Shown here: piece by piece, positions 13,577-28,469 of the stretch
Numbering within the stretch: position 1 is the first letter of the stretch
How the letters are laid out: every line of letters starts with the position of its first letter
Assembly (NCBI GenBank): GCA_951406725.2
Contig: OX597825.1
Location: forward strand, 37,944,001 to 38,008,000
From: Octopus vulgaris
Taxonomy: Eukaryota
Direction: 5' to 3'
DNA: 64,000 nt
Translations under genes and position numbers: made by a program
The notes under the pieces: generated by a model
Database searches by the model: none
Told to the model about the DNA's origin: nothing
What the model saw: the letters and a program-made list of their open reading frames with translations, nothing else

Positions 13577-14414
13577 TATGTATGTATGTCATTATTCAGT
13601 TTTATTTCAAGAGTTCATGCCAATAAAGAAAAAAGTCGGTTTCTAACCTAGATCCAAGTCTCCCTCATTGGAATTTCAACATCAACAACAAGGTATTTTG
13701 TATGTATGTCAGTATATGTGTAGATTTGTATGTTTTATGTGTGCATTCTGATACATATATTTGCATATCTAGACATGTTCAGAATTTTACAGTTCCAGTC
13801 ATGGATTGCATCTGTAGTCTTCGAATCAGCATTCTCCTTTCTTGCTTTCAGTAGCCTAATTTCTCAAAATTGGTATTTAGACAGTGTGTTATATATCTCT
13901 TGGCCCAAATAATTACAGGTATAACTGAACTTGTAATCTGGATAGAGTAACTGCAAATTTCTCAATACTTCAACGTATGTAGGCTTCTTTTCACTGATCT
14001 TCAGCCTTATGTTAACATCCGCTGGGCAGCTAATTTCTATAACTGTACACACTTTCTCTCCTCTATCCCAAATCTTTATAACAGGTCTCTTGTGCTTACA
14101 TTTTATTGAAGTTTACACTGGTACATTCCAACACTACTCCTTTTTATTGTGAGTGGCTATGGCTTCTACGATACTGTGGGTTCTTATTTATTTTTCCTCG
14201 GGGTTATCCTTCCGAGGTATTTCAATATACAATGTCGTAGCTACAACATCATGTTTCATCGGTGGATAATACCATGATGACATTTTAGGACAACTGCTTA
14301 TGATGTGGATGATATCTTCGGTGTTATTTCCAAAAAGTCTGCATCGGTTGTCACATTTTACTTCTATTCCTGCATATCCCTTTTGGCAGATATTTGGCTG
14401 GTATTTCATGTTGT

Positions 14415-14415
<1 letters not shown>
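13577..14415 (-). mobile_element. 5'-truncated R4/Dong-like LINE (CCHC knuckle + restriction-like endonuclease + 3' UTR)
   Basis: CRLFGNNTEDIIHIISSCPKMS..HDVVA; VIEISCPADVNIRLKISEK..LRNLQLLYPDYKF; 3' UTR with AATAAA and (CATA)n tail. Confidence 0.85.
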
Positions 14416-14486
<71 letters not shown>

Positions 14487-14487
<1 letters not shown>

Positions 14488-14677
14488 GGGAGAGTTTTCG
14501 AAAAAAACAACAACAGACGAAGACAGGTGGTGTACAAAACAAACAGATGTATTAGTATAACGCTCAGGAATAGAAAAAGTATTTTACGTTTCGAGCCTAT
14601 GCTCTTCTACATAAAGGGACACAGAAAACAAGGAGAGAAAAAAATGTGTGTAGTGGCTAACGATCTATCATGGCGTC

Positions 14678-14678
<1 letters not shown>
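14487..14678 (-). mobile_element. Short PLE pLTR-like element in (TG)n with hammerhead-like motif (14582-14615)
   Basis: Minus strand TTT-ATGTAGA-A-GAGC(ATAG)GCTC-GAAA-CG-TA-AAA; downstream TGAGCGT..AATAC..TTTGTT shared with 8202-8403. Confidence 0.65.
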
Positions 14679-14718
<40 letters not shown>

Positions 14719-15519
14719 TTTGTGTGTATTTATTTACACGTTATTAATTTCTAAGACATAATTAGTGTACGTGTATATCTGCTATGTTTTCATATTACTG
14801 CCTATGTGATGTTTGAAACGGATAGTAAAATTTCACGAAAAATATTTTCGTCTCCGTGAAAATAGAACATAATTTTGTTTGGCCATGCAAAAGTTCAATA
14901 TTTTTGTGGAAAGATTTTAATTCATCGAATCGATATGTATTGTATGTCTGGCTGTGATTCTATTGCCGTTGGCAAAATGTGTTTTATGATAAGGAACTAA
15001 AATATTTATGTATAACTTTTTGTTAATTACCCGACTGTTTCATCTCTAGCAATCGATTTTACAACACAAAAATAATCCAAAAAAAAAGTTCATGTCTTTG
15101 ATGCAGGTATCAAAATGAGAGTAGAAACATTTGAAAAACAAAATATAGCTTATTGTCTTCAAACTTAGGAAGTATACAATTCATGATATAATCTTTGAGT
15201 TAACTATACCAAAAGAACCTAGAATTGTCTTTTGTTTGTGTTTATAGTGAACAACCATTAGATGTTAGAACTGATGTTGTACAGAATAGAGATGAATTTT
15301 TTAAGAACATTATGATGAAAATAAATTGTAATAGTTAGCATCAACCAATAGAAAAAACATTTCATATTGCCAGAAAATACTGAACCATTTTTGTGTAAGT
15401 CGACGAAATATTCATTTAGCAATTGATCCAAAACTTTAGCAGGCTTTGAATTTCCATTGTTAAATTATTTGAAACGAAATCTCACAATTAGAATTCCTGC
15501 CCTGTAAAAGTACGAAATT

Positions 15520-15695
15520 GTGGCCATGATGTGGCACCGACTTATTGGGATCTAATCGAAGAAATCGAACCCAGAACTTGTTCTTTGTAAGTCTAGCACT
15601 TAATATATTGGTCTCTTCTGCCGAATTGCTAAGTAAGAGGGACATAAACATCGGTTGTCAAGGAATGGTGAGGAGATAAACACAAGCACACACAA
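15520..15695 (-). mobile_element. SINE family A, 3' fragment
   Basis: Matches 3375-3545 (TTCTTTGTAAG, GGTCTCTT, GGACATAAAC, CATCGGTTGTCAAG). Confidence 0.75.
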
Positions 15696-15707
15696 ACATA
15701 AATACTT

Positions 15708-15845
15708 AGCGTTCCAGCAAAAATGAACGATATAATAAGTATTAGACGGTGTCAAATATACTGATGTCGATTCGTTCGACTAAGAAATTTGCAAGGCTGT
15801 GCTTCAGTATGAACGCAGTCTAATGATTGAAACAAGTAATAGATT
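15708..15845 (+). mobile_element. SINE family A, diverged 3' fragment
   Basis: AATAAGTA..GTCGATTCGTTCGACT..GCAGTCTAATGATTGAAACAAGTAA tail. Confidence 0.65.
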
Positions 15846-15924
15846 AATGATGAAATATTTAGATAAGTGACTTTGCATCGTGGTGCAATATATTTTTTCA
15901 TATTTATTCGACAATCTCACTATA

Positions 15925-17390
<1,466 letters not shown>

Positions 17391-17586
17391 TATGTGTATG
17401 ATAGAAATATGTATACGTGTGTATGTATAGGAAATTTGAATGCATCAATATATATAAAATCATAAAACATCATAAAACTTTTAAAATGTGGAATACGTCA
17501 TGTGAACTTGAAAAGACAGTAGCAAATGAAAAAGTAGCAAGTTATGTTAAAGAAAGTTGGGATGTTTCATTTTACATGCGACTTAC

Positions 17587-17677
17587 CTGATGAAAATCCA
17601 ATTAAAACCATTTGTATTAACGATGCCACTTTTGCACATGTGACATGATGGTGTCCGTTTGCGAATCTGGTCAACAT
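17587..17677 (-). CDS. Candidate first coding exon, signal-peptide-like (MLTRFANGHHHVTCAKVASLIQMVLIGFSS-G)
   Basis: ATG at 17677, 91 nt, consensus donor CAG|GTAAGT (phase 1); TATAAA on the minus strand at 17773-17768. Confidence 0.4.
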
Positions 17678-18525
17678 TATTGTATAGCACAATGATTTTA
17701 TTGTGTCTTTTTTTACTCCTTTTCCCCCTTTATTTTGTCTGTCTTTCTCACCCTCTGACTACCACTCTTTATATTCGCCCTCTGTCTCTCAAATGTTCGT
17801 ATTTGGAGAAAAGTTTCAAGGAAGGTGTGGTAAAAGTAGACGTAACCGTCTTAGTAATAATGGTAACATCATTGCAATAATATTATCAATTGTTGTTGTC
17901 GTGTTTATAGTAGTAACATTCCCTGGAATCGTTTGTGATAGTTGTGACAGTTGTGCTGATGGCTGATTATGAGGAGGTAGAGGAAGATGAAGTTAATGCT
18001 AAGGGTGAAGATGAGGATGATGATGATTATTGTGGTGATAGCATTAACTTTGATGACGACGTTAATGTTGATGACGATGATGCTGTTACAAGAAAGTGTG
18101 GTGATAATGATAATAATGATACACTATCTCTTTTTCCAGTGTTTTCTGTCGCTGCCGCCTGCAACGACATGCACTATACACAATTTAAGCAACAAAGAGG
18201 AAATGATTGACGGTGGGGAAAGAAAGGATGGAGGGGAGATTGTAGGTTAGGTTATATACAGACGAGAGAGTGATGTGTAAATACAGAACTAGATAAGGAG
18301 AAAACAGGAAAGTGAGTAGGAGAGATTTTTGGTGTAGAGGACTGCGATATTATAGTTATATATATTCTGTGGTGTGTGTGTGTGTTATATGTAACTTCAT
18401 TGACAGTATATATACATATTATGCATATCATAAATATGAAATTTCATATATGTATATATACATACATGTATTGATGATTTTTCGCTACATTTTGCAGCGG
18501 GATGACAGTGGGCAGCTTTGATAAA

Positions 18526-18526
<1 letters not shown>

Positions 18527-18609
<83 letters not shown>
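18527..18609. repeat. (TAA)n microsatellite
   Basis: Near-perfect trinucleotide run. Confidence 0.97.
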
Positions 18610-19205
18610 CCACGATAGTGAATGGGAGGATGAAAAATAATCAAGCCCTAATTATTAATTGCAAAGCATGAATTTATCATGAATTTATCAGTTTTTTCGC
18701 TTATTACTTGTTATTTTAACGTAAACCACTGTATGGTTTCTGATTTGTATACTTTTGAGTATATAAGGTCGGGGTTCGGTATGTTCTAAAAATTTAATTG
18801 CATATTAAATATTTGTGTGATAACATTTCTGAAACATTCAGTTTTCAGAGAATCGATATTGTGTTTATGAGGAAAATAATCTACTTTGCTGTTTAAAGTT
18901 GATTGATACTTCCAAATATCGGGCGGGTATATGTTTTATTTTCATCTTATTGTATGCAGTTTTTTCATAAAATATGAAATAAACCATATTAATGGTATAA
19001 AATAATCAGAAAAACTCTGATAAAATGAAGTAAAATATATGAAAGAAAAAAGCATTGGAGTAAGTGCGATGTTTTCACTAAGAAAATATATTAGATATCA
19101 TAGTAAGGGATAATGATTTAATGAAATGAGCAGAGGAGGGTAAACAGAAAGATATGGGTGTGTTTGAAACCATGTTGTTTTTCGCAGATATATACATACA
19201 TACAT

Positions 19206-19278
<73 letters not shown>

Positions 19279-19376
19279 TATATAAGTGCTGAGTTAATTT
19301 TCTTTCTGTATGTCACACTATATCAGCAATGGGAATAGATCCGAATATTCTTGTCGATCAAGTAGGGATGTCTTAC

Positions 19377-19440
19377 CTACGTAGTAACATTGTATGCCGG
19401 ACATCATCATCGTGTTGAGCCTCATGATTACAACAACAAC
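19377..19440 (-). other. Candidate 64-nt internal exon (frame 0: VVVVIMRLNTMMMSGIQCYYV-G)
   Basis: Acceptor TATATTTTCCAG|G and donor TAG|GTAAGA on the minus strand. Confidence 0.35.
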
Positions 19441-19649
19441 CTGGAAAATATAAAGCAAATATATTGTAAGTAACATTATTATACTAACCATCAATATCCT
19501 CATCATTATTAATTCCTTCTTAACCCACCTCCGACACACACACATCTTCATTTCAATGAAACAAATATAATGAGCTCTAACTCACTACTATTAAAACTAA
19601 TGTTGTGTTACTGTCGTTATTATTATTGTTATTATCATTATTAACTCAA

Positions 19650-20345
19650 TGATATTCCTGATTTGGACATTATATACTCAAACAGTTGGACAAGGAATAA
19701 ATGCAGAGAAGACAAAGGGCATCAAGGTGAAGCAAGTTCCAGCAGCCACCAACTTTATGGTTAGATAATAAACTACCTAACATGTGAAACATGCCACGCA
19801 TAAACTGGAAGCGTTCTGTAAGATGATGGGGACGCCGAAAGCAATAGGAAATGCAGAATAAGAATAGTGATATCGATATTTCAACGAACGTACAAAATCT
19901 AATGATAAATCCTCTGGAAAGAAACATTAAAGCCAGCTGTTCAACACCATCAGACTACAAAGGCCACTATACTCAAAGTGAACATTGGAGTAAACTGACA
20001 AATTGTGTAAACATTTAAGGATACCCGAGGAAAATTGTGAAAATTTCGTATACCTTGATAATATGAGAAACAAAGAGGTTTTATATAGAACATCGCCTTG
20101 AAGATCATAACGATGGATTGAGATGACTGATAACCTGCTGTGGTAGTGTGATAATTGATAAGAATAAAACAACATTACGATAATCAGGAAGAAAGGAAAA
20201 TGAAGATCATCGTTCATACATGTGACTGTTGACAGACATTGGAATTAAAATAGAACTCACAACTAAGCAGGAAAATTGAATGAGAACTGCCTAATGATAC
20301 ACGAAATTCTGGGAAGAAATAATTAACTATAGTTCCAAACACTAC
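19650..20345 (+). mobile_element. Highly degenerate R4/Dong-like LINE C-terminal remnant
   Basis: VN-KLCKHLRIP, NKEVL, DN-PAVV-IIDKNK resemble the RLE region (WKLCK, NRPDIVIIDK). Confidence 0.45.
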
Positions 20346-20549
20346 AGATTTATATCCCTCTCAGCAAGATTAACAAGCTCAGCGTTACTCCTTTTTATAT
20401 TTTGTTGCATCACTAGATCATCTTCCTCAGTCTTCCTGTTTCTTCATTAGTATTAGAAGTTACAACTGCATCGTTTCCTTCCTTATCTAACTCCTTAAAC
20501 ATCATTGTAATTTTCATTGTTACCATCATAACCAATACCATAACCATAA

Positions 20550-21060
20550 GTATTAGACACAGAGGTAATATTTATCCCCATTTAAAAAGGGATGTTATGT
20601 TAGAACAAACTATATTGCAGCAGATAACATGAGTTTCTCTCATTGTATCTTTTGGTGCAAAATCCACTCTTATACTGCTATCAAGGGGATAAATCCCCGC
20701 TACCCTCAGCATCGAGACCGACAAATCAAGTGATTTCGATTTTCCGAGGTGGAGTCAATGAATGACTGCTAGAGATAGTTGTGACTCATCTCCCTGCTAG
20801 CGATATATAGAAAAAAGTACCAGAACAGGCACTGGTGTCGCGATTAGCCAGAGCTTGTTAGAAAAAATATATGCGTATTAGCGACAGAGGCAATATTAAT
20901 ACCGAAATCACAAGATCTGGCCATCTCAGCGCTTGGGACGGCAGAGATTTAGCTCCCGTAAGTGATATAAAAAAGAATGCACATGAGATAATATGAGAGT
21001 TTCTCTCATGGAATATACCGCATTTAAGTGGGGATAAATATTACTTCATGGTATTAATAC
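20550..21060. mobile_element. Foldback MITE with long imperfect inverted arms
   Basis: GAGGTAATATTTATCCCCATTTAAA (from 20562) is the reverse complement of TTTAAGTGGGGATAAATATTACTTC (to 21047) at 23/25; inner segments (GTGATTTCG/CGAAATCAC) also pair. Confidence 0.75.
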
Positions 21061-21243
21061 GGTCGCTGCCATTCGATGTATTATAGAGTTATTGCTATAT
21101 GCGTTCTTAAACATCGGGTTTTAACCTAACAAGGCATTTATTATTATTCTCCCATTATATCGTCCCAGCAAGAGTGCAGATCCAGTTTAGAAGGTAGCAT
21201 GTTTTCAATGCGATACATGATGTAATTTCAACAATTCTACATG

Positions 21244-21458
21244 GGTGACGAACTGAGAGAGTAGTTACTGCACCGAATAAAATGCATCGCGGCATTTTTC
21301 CTTCTTTCTTTCTGAGATAAAATAGCGCCGGTGTAGAATTTGCCTTTCATCCATTTGTGGGCGATTGATTAAGTATCAGTGGTGAACTGGGTTCGATGGA
21401 ATCGATTTTTTCTCCTCCCACAAAACTGCTTGGTCGTGTGCCAAATTTTGATACCAAT
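21244..21458 (+). mobile_element. tRNA-derived SINE, family B (diverged)
   Basis: TTTGCCTTTCATCC...AAGTATCAG..CTGGGTTCGAT..ATCGA core shared with 57906-58262 and 32980-33168. Confidence 0.7.
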
Positions 21459-22329
21459 TCTATAGGATATTATTTACAAAGCATAGACTATTTATTAATG
21501 ATACTTGATTGAATGAAATAGAAATTAAAAAAAAAATATTTGCAGACAATGCTTAATTATAGATACTTTAAACACTTGAATTTGAGGCAATATTCATATC
21601 TTGAATAATGTTAGTGAAAAGGAAAAACATTTCTGTGAATAGGAATATTTTCATTAACTTAAAAGCTAAGCTGATCAGTTTGTGATTAAGGTTGTCCCCT
21701 TATATGACACAACACTGAACTTGCTTTACGGTGTTCACCTCATTATATCCTATGTTGTCGTAGATGATTATATTAGTGTTTCAAGTTAAATTAGCCTCAC
21801 CATATTGACATCATAACTGACAATTTAGTTTTAGTTTCCTGTTTCATCTTTCAGATCAGAGTTGATAAGTTTTTGATTGATACTTAATTCAAATTAATTA
21901 CAAGTAATTTCACATCACATTAAGGGATGTGTCAGAATGATATATAACGGTTTTCTTATTCCAGGCAACGCGAAATTTTCCACGTCGTCTGTGATTTGTT
22001 TTTATTATAACCAAAATACAGAAACGTAATTGATACATTCTCAATCTAGATTTGGAGTTAACAGTGTCTTTGATTAAATTGGAATATTTTTCTCTGTATC
22101 TCGTTAGATACGCTTGTGAAACATTTCTATGTATTTGAATGATATATACACAGTGAAATGGTCACTAGCATATAGAATATAGGAAACCAAGATATTTTAA
22201 TTAATTAAAATTGCACCTTCAGTGATAAGATCGATCATTATCTTAATGGCTAATGGTAGAAAAAAAACCAAAAGACAGGAATGACAATCCTGAACACTTA
22301 ATTAATTAAAATTAATGGAATATGTAATG

Positions 22330-22900
22330 CTGTGGGGAATAAGTCTGATATTTGGAAGTGTGTGGAGATCTCCAGACGTTTTTCGATCTTGATATCAATA
22401 ATTGCATCTCATTTCTGGTACATGTAAATGTGAGTACCAGATCATAGAAAAACAAAAAGGATTTACGTTTTTCAGAGATCAACACTTAGTAAACGAAAAT
22501 TATAGAAGAATCAAGGGAGAAAATTAAGTGAAGGCATTTGTTATCGCACTAGATGTAAGCGACCTCTGACATTAGATTTTTACAAAATAATCGTATTATA
22601 TATTTCCACTAGGAAGAAACCTGAGGCACACAAAAATTAATTATAGAAACATGTCAGCCATATTCACACAACAAGCATGTATCGTTAAACCCCACATTCA
22701 CGAAACACGAATAGAATGTAACTAGAATGTTAGACCTGTGAAATCTCGATGAGGCTGATGGTCTCTCTGTCAATTGCATATTTTCAACGTCGCAATTCGA
22801 AAGACTAACTTTTCTCTTCAGAAATTGATTTTCTCTTCAGAAACAGAAATTGCTTCTCTTCAGAAACAGAAAAATTATTGTATCGCTACAAAACAATGGT
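22330..22900 (+). mobile_element. Possible RLE-LINE 3' remnant with UTR
   Basis: NKSDI..., VNVSTRS*EK (~NKPDI, DVNVxxKxxEK); 3x TTCTCTTCAGAAA repeat at ~22812-22866. Confidence 0.35.
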
Positions 22901-23577
22901 AAGACTACCAATAAAGTAAGTATTCCATATCAGTAATGATGCTGATGCTACATACAGACGCATGATGACACTCATAAATCTACTTCGTACATTATGCAAA
23001 ATATGTACTGTCTCATTCATTTGTAATATTTGTACACCTTAAATGTGACTTCATCTCCTATAAATTGTTATGTTTTAGCCCTCATAGGCAGTCCCTCCTT
23101 TCTTTCATACATTGTTTAAAGACTCAAGCTTTGAAATAGCTACTAAGCTCTCAATTTCAAACTGCTAGGCAAAACGCAAAATGCGTCATTCTTACACGCT
23201 TCAGAGGGTACGAGAAAATCATTGACAAGACAATCTTCTTCCTGACCAAACAAAGTATAAACCATACGCACTGATGGAAGGGTGATTCCTTAATAAATCA
23301 GTTATTTAAATGCTTCAAAAACGTTACACGATCAGATATTTGTGAATATCCATTAGCTTAATTTGAGTTGGTTGAAAATTGTTCAAAGCAATTTAATAGA
23401 ACATAATGATAATGGATTTTGTACAGTATTGTTTCAACTGATACGTTTGTATATTTACTTTTAACATGAAGAACATAAAGCTATACATATATACATACAT
23501 GCATATACGTGTGTGTGCGCGCGTATATATGTATATATATGTATATATATATGTGTGTGTGTGTATATATATATATA

Positions 23578-23608
<31 letters not shown>

Positions 23609-24479
23609 GTGTGTATATATATATATATATATGTATAAATAAATATATATATATGTATGTATAGCCAAAGATACATATATAGACATGCGCACTCTAACAC
23701 ACATACACGTAGAATGCTGAATTCTACTAGGAAAATGATCGAGCAGCTTGCATTATGAGTAAAACACAATTTCAAAAATTTACAATGCAATTAGGCTTAT
23801 ATTAAACCAAATAGACCAGCAGCTATGAAACCATTCTCTAGCATCTAAACCTTGTATATCATATTTCGCTGAATCGGGCTTTAATAACTCATATAAAATA
23901 GATAATCAATGAATAAATAAATAAATATAATAAATAAATAAATGATATAAAACAAATTTATCTTGATAGCATTTGAAGGTAGTTCAATAACGTACAGCCC
24001 AAACGATAAATTTTTACTTTTATTCTCCTTTAAAGCGAAACGATCACCAATGCCAATCATATTTAAATTAAATTGAGATAAATTCAATTTATATCTTTGT
24101 TCTCGTTGCTTCCACCTGAACGATAATCTTATCTAATTGTCTCCCTGCAGGAATAGATGCTAAAACATACTTAAACGAGTAAATAGGAACAACAAAAATA
24201 TCCATATATAAATATGAAATAACATCAATAGACGCATATTAATAAAAGTGAAAAATATATTACAATGCATATATTTTTTCCCGTAATTATTGTTGATGAA
24301 TGTTTCCAAGGCATACACAAATTTTATTTAATATGTCGTATAACCGGGCACGTTAACTTGCACCCTTCCAGAATAAGTGTGTGCAACGAAGTTGCTAGAT
24401 TATGTTAAAAACTACTTTGGTACATGGCATCGGACTGATCACATATTAAACCATAAGTGCCAAAATGTTTTTATTAAAT

Positions 24480-24700
24480 TTATTACCAAAAATCTTTTAT
24501 TATACAACTTTATCTGATACTACATGTATAAAAAAATATTACAATATTTGAAAGACACTCCAGTCTTGACGACTAACTAAAGACATCTCAGAAAAATACA
24601 GGCATATAATCCTGGTCCTAAAAAAACGACTATGCGCACTAATGGCTAAGCAGACTGAAATGCATACTGACGAGTGTTATTATAATCTATTTCAACAATT
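24480..24700 (+). mobile_element. Possible PLE GIY-YIG C-terminal remnant
   Basis: TTLSD..LKD..QAYNPGPKK-RLCAL (~AYNPGSKRCxLCLxEK), followed by CTGACGAGTG. Confidence 0.35.
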
Positions 24701-24754
24701 TAAAAGAGGAATAAAATGAATGTTATTGAATCGCGTACAAATTTTGAATAATAT

Positions 24755-24898
24755 TCTTTTCTTTTCTACTCTAGGCACAAAGCCCGAAATGTTGGGGGAG
24801 TGGGCCAGTCGATTAGATTAACCCCAGTACGCAACTGGTACTTAATTTATCGACCTCATATTGATGAAAGGCAAAGTCAGCCTCGGCGAAAATTGAAA
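24755..24898 (-). mobile_element. SINE family B, 3' part
   Basis: Reverse complement of CCGAGG..ACTTTGCCTTTCATC..GTCGATAAATTAAGTACCAGTTGCGTACTGGGG. Confidence 0.8.
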
Positions 24899-25245
24899 CT
24901 TTTGAATAATATTGAGTTGAGCTAAACTTTTTCAAAATTTGGTAACATATTTATTTCATTCGTTAGGTTACAACAAACGGACCCATGCATTCAAATTAGA
25001 GGCCATCGTGTTGCGGCGTCCGACGCCGACATTTTGACACATCATTGACCACACGCTGATGCCAGTTTTGTTCCTCATAACAAAAAAGACCTTCACTGAA
25101 ATTTCCACCTCCTATTGGAAGATGAAGCGTCACAAGTGCAGGAAAGAAGCCATGGATAGGAACACTATATCTTACGCAAAAAGTCTAAGATTATTGTCCA
25201 GTATCTATTTAATGAATAAATGGTATCGATATCTAACACTGGAGT

Positions 25246-25430
25246 AAGGTGGCGAACTGGGACGCTGGGCAAAATATGTAGCTACATTGTATCCGTCTAC
25301 GTTCAAATCTCAAATGCTGGCGAGGCCGACACTGCTTTTATACGTTTCGGTGAGGCAATCACTTAATCGATGCAATCAACTTAATCCTCTCTTGAAATTG
25401 CTGGCTTTTTGCTTAAATTTGAAACTGATA
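25246..25430 (+). mobile_element. SINE family B (diverged)
   Basis: AAGGTGGCGAACTGG head, CGAGGCCGAC, AAATTGCTGGC..AAATTTGAAAC tail. Confidence 0.65.
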
Positions 25431-26130
25431 TTTAACATTGCTGCTGTGTGACACACAAACGTTTGAATAGCCAATTATACTGCGCACCGACGTTTGATTG
25501 ATACGTATTTTACCGAGCCAATTTGATAACAGTTTACGTTCACAGCGGGATTTGAATTTAAAAGGTAAACTGACGTAACTATACTACGCAAGGCATCTAA
25601 TCAGATGGTGTAATGATACACCTTGAGTTATATTTATCGTACATATTTATATATTAGTCACGCATACATAATCTATAGGTTGATATATCATCTCAATTCT
25701 CAGAAGAAATGAATCTACATTCATATACATTCTATTGCCTTAAAGTAAATGGAACTGTCCTCGACGATGAAAATTACTGTCGATGATAAATGATCCAATT
25801 GCTTGTTAGAACAACTTCTCACTGTATTAAAATGTAACTACTTGAGTATTCTGCAAAGGCGTAAGCCTGTAACAAATATCTCGAGCACTCTGAATTTTGG
25901 TACAGAGCGCACCTTTTTCCTCCCAGTTCCGTCTATTGGACCCATGAGCAACTGGTCAGTGGTGTACCCGAATGTATAAGCAAATGAATTTGCCTGAGGT
26001 GATCTACATAAAGTGTTTGCGAAGCACAATCTGTTACTACTAGGCCGCACACACAGACACACGCGCACTCACACACAAACACAAACACAGATACACACAC
26101 ACGGACAGAGTCGCGCACACACGGACATAG

Positions 26131-26176
<46 letters not shown>

Positions 26177-26507
26177 TCACGCATCTAATATTCTTTTAAA
26201 CTAATTGTGATTTCAGGTGATCAAACAAACCACTTACAATGTCAAAAATTTATTATTGCCTCAATGTCGTCTAATGGTTTTGGTCGACTGAACAGCCAAC
26301 CGATGGAATTCACTCACATTTGGACTTTGAAATTCCTGCAGCTCACTATATTAAGTTATGTGTTTCCACCTCATCATGGAATAACGAAGCATTGTGCAGT
26401 TTTGAGTTCTTGAACCCAAAATTAAACTTATGCAAAGTTGCATGCATACCAACAAACGTGTGTTTATACATACACACATATATAAATATATACATGCATA
26501 TACATAC

Positions 26508-26543
<36 letters not shown>

Positions 26544-26931
26544 TATTTAATATTTATTTATCCGTTTACTTGTGTGTGTGTGTGCGTGCGTGTATACAAC
26601 AATGAAAAATAAGCGAATTCCAGCCCGCTTATTCGCGTTCCACGCTAGATCGAGTTTTCACTTGTCAACCTGTGATGGTCTTTCACTGCTCCTTCCATTA
26701 AGGTATGAACAACATAGTCATATTCATACAACTCCACCTGAACACAAAATTTCTGCCTTATATAATACACGATACTACAAAACATTGTACTGCCATACTT
26801 GTCACATATTCTTTTTTCTATACATTTTCATACTTACATACATTCGCAAATACACAAACAGACGCTCATATATCATATACATAGTATGTAAATGTATATA
26901 TCTGTGTGTATGTATCTTGTGTATCTAACTG

Positions 26932-26967
<36 letters not shown>

Positions 26968-27720
26968 TATCTATTAGTGTGTGGTCTACCTATCTACCCA
27001 TGTATGTATATATGTTTGTATATGTTTATCTATCTGTCTACCTATCTATTTGTTTATTTATCTATCTATCTCTAGTTATACGTCCATATAAAGGAGTTAA
27101 TCCATAGCACTATATAAACTTAGTACGTCACGAAGTCAGTTCATACAGTGATACGGAATTATACGATTAGAGCCCTATTTGAAATCAAGTGCACTTGTTG
27201 CACATAAATAGGTATTTATACATTATATACTGTTTTATCTCTATTGCAATATATATACACGTTTTCTGAACTCGTTGACACAAAGCTCTGTCTCCCTATA
27301 TGAAAACATTGTACATTTACCCCGATTGCACTACACACGCACACATACACATACACACACACACACACACGCACACACACACGCACACACACACACACAG
27401 AGAACAAAGCAAAGCAAAACAAAGTAAAGCAAATACACACAGCTATATCAATTATAATGCAACAAATTTCCAAGAGACGTTAGAGTTGATCGCATTAAGG
27501 AAACGAAGTCATTGGGAAAACTATAGTGCAATAGTATAACATTTTGGACAGAATTCTTCATGGGATACTTAAACGTAGTCCAGAGTGAGACGAGGAATAG
27601 AGGAAAGGAAATTAGGAGTTAGCTACTCACGGGCCATCTATTTCACATGTTCAACCACTGTCTATGTATGTATGTATGTATGTATGTATGTATATGTGTA
27701 TGTATCATATGTATATTTGT

Positions 27721-27786
<66 letters not shown>

Positions 27787-28469
27787 CAGTAAAATAATTA
27801 AGAATCAAACGAATTCAAATAAATATGGTACTTAATTTAGATGCACCAGAATTCTTTATGGTATTAACCATAAAATAATGTGGTGTGATTATAAACAAGG
27901 AAAAAAGCAACAAGAATAGATTAGTAGTTTAGTACAATTGTTTCGTATAAGAACATTATCATTAAAGGAATAGTATTATCTATTAAATTTAGAATAGAAT
28001 TAGGAAATATTAGCAATTTATATGATTTAAGTAAGGTTAATTAAATTGACTATAAAGTCAATTAAAAGTTAGCATAGTACAAATACTATTTATTTTTATA
28101 TTAAAAGGTACAGTTAGAAAGAAAGAACACCTGTGGAAGAGCCTACATATTTCTATTTAAAATATTTTAGAGTTTTAATTTTTGAGTGAATACAAGACAG
28201 GCAAACTCTATATTCAATAGATTTTTATTTTTCTATGCTTTAGAATTTCATGTCTCCATGGAGCAGAGTTGGCAACCTACCCTATTATTTCTATAAGGTA
28301 CTGCCTTGGTTATATATATATATATATATATGTTCAGGTTTACACACAGCTTATTAAAAATTTATTTGTTTATTCGTTGCTGAAATTTAATGATTCAGTT
28401 TTTCACTTTGTGTACTTCTGTACCCGGGTTTCACAATGTTGGTGTCATTCCGTCAGTTTCCGTACTTAA

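Noticed and set aside
17586-17610. CCTGATGAAAATCCAATTAAAAC as a hammerhead
   Set aside because: Weak stem, no GAAA, no stem I/III; better explained as the antisense of a splice donor
17935-18210. Acidic D/E-rich 91-aa ORF
   Set aside because: Degenerate (GAT)n trinucleotide region, non-ATG start, no splice context or domain
18444-18644. Poly-Leu ORF
   Set aside because: Reverse strand of (TAA)n
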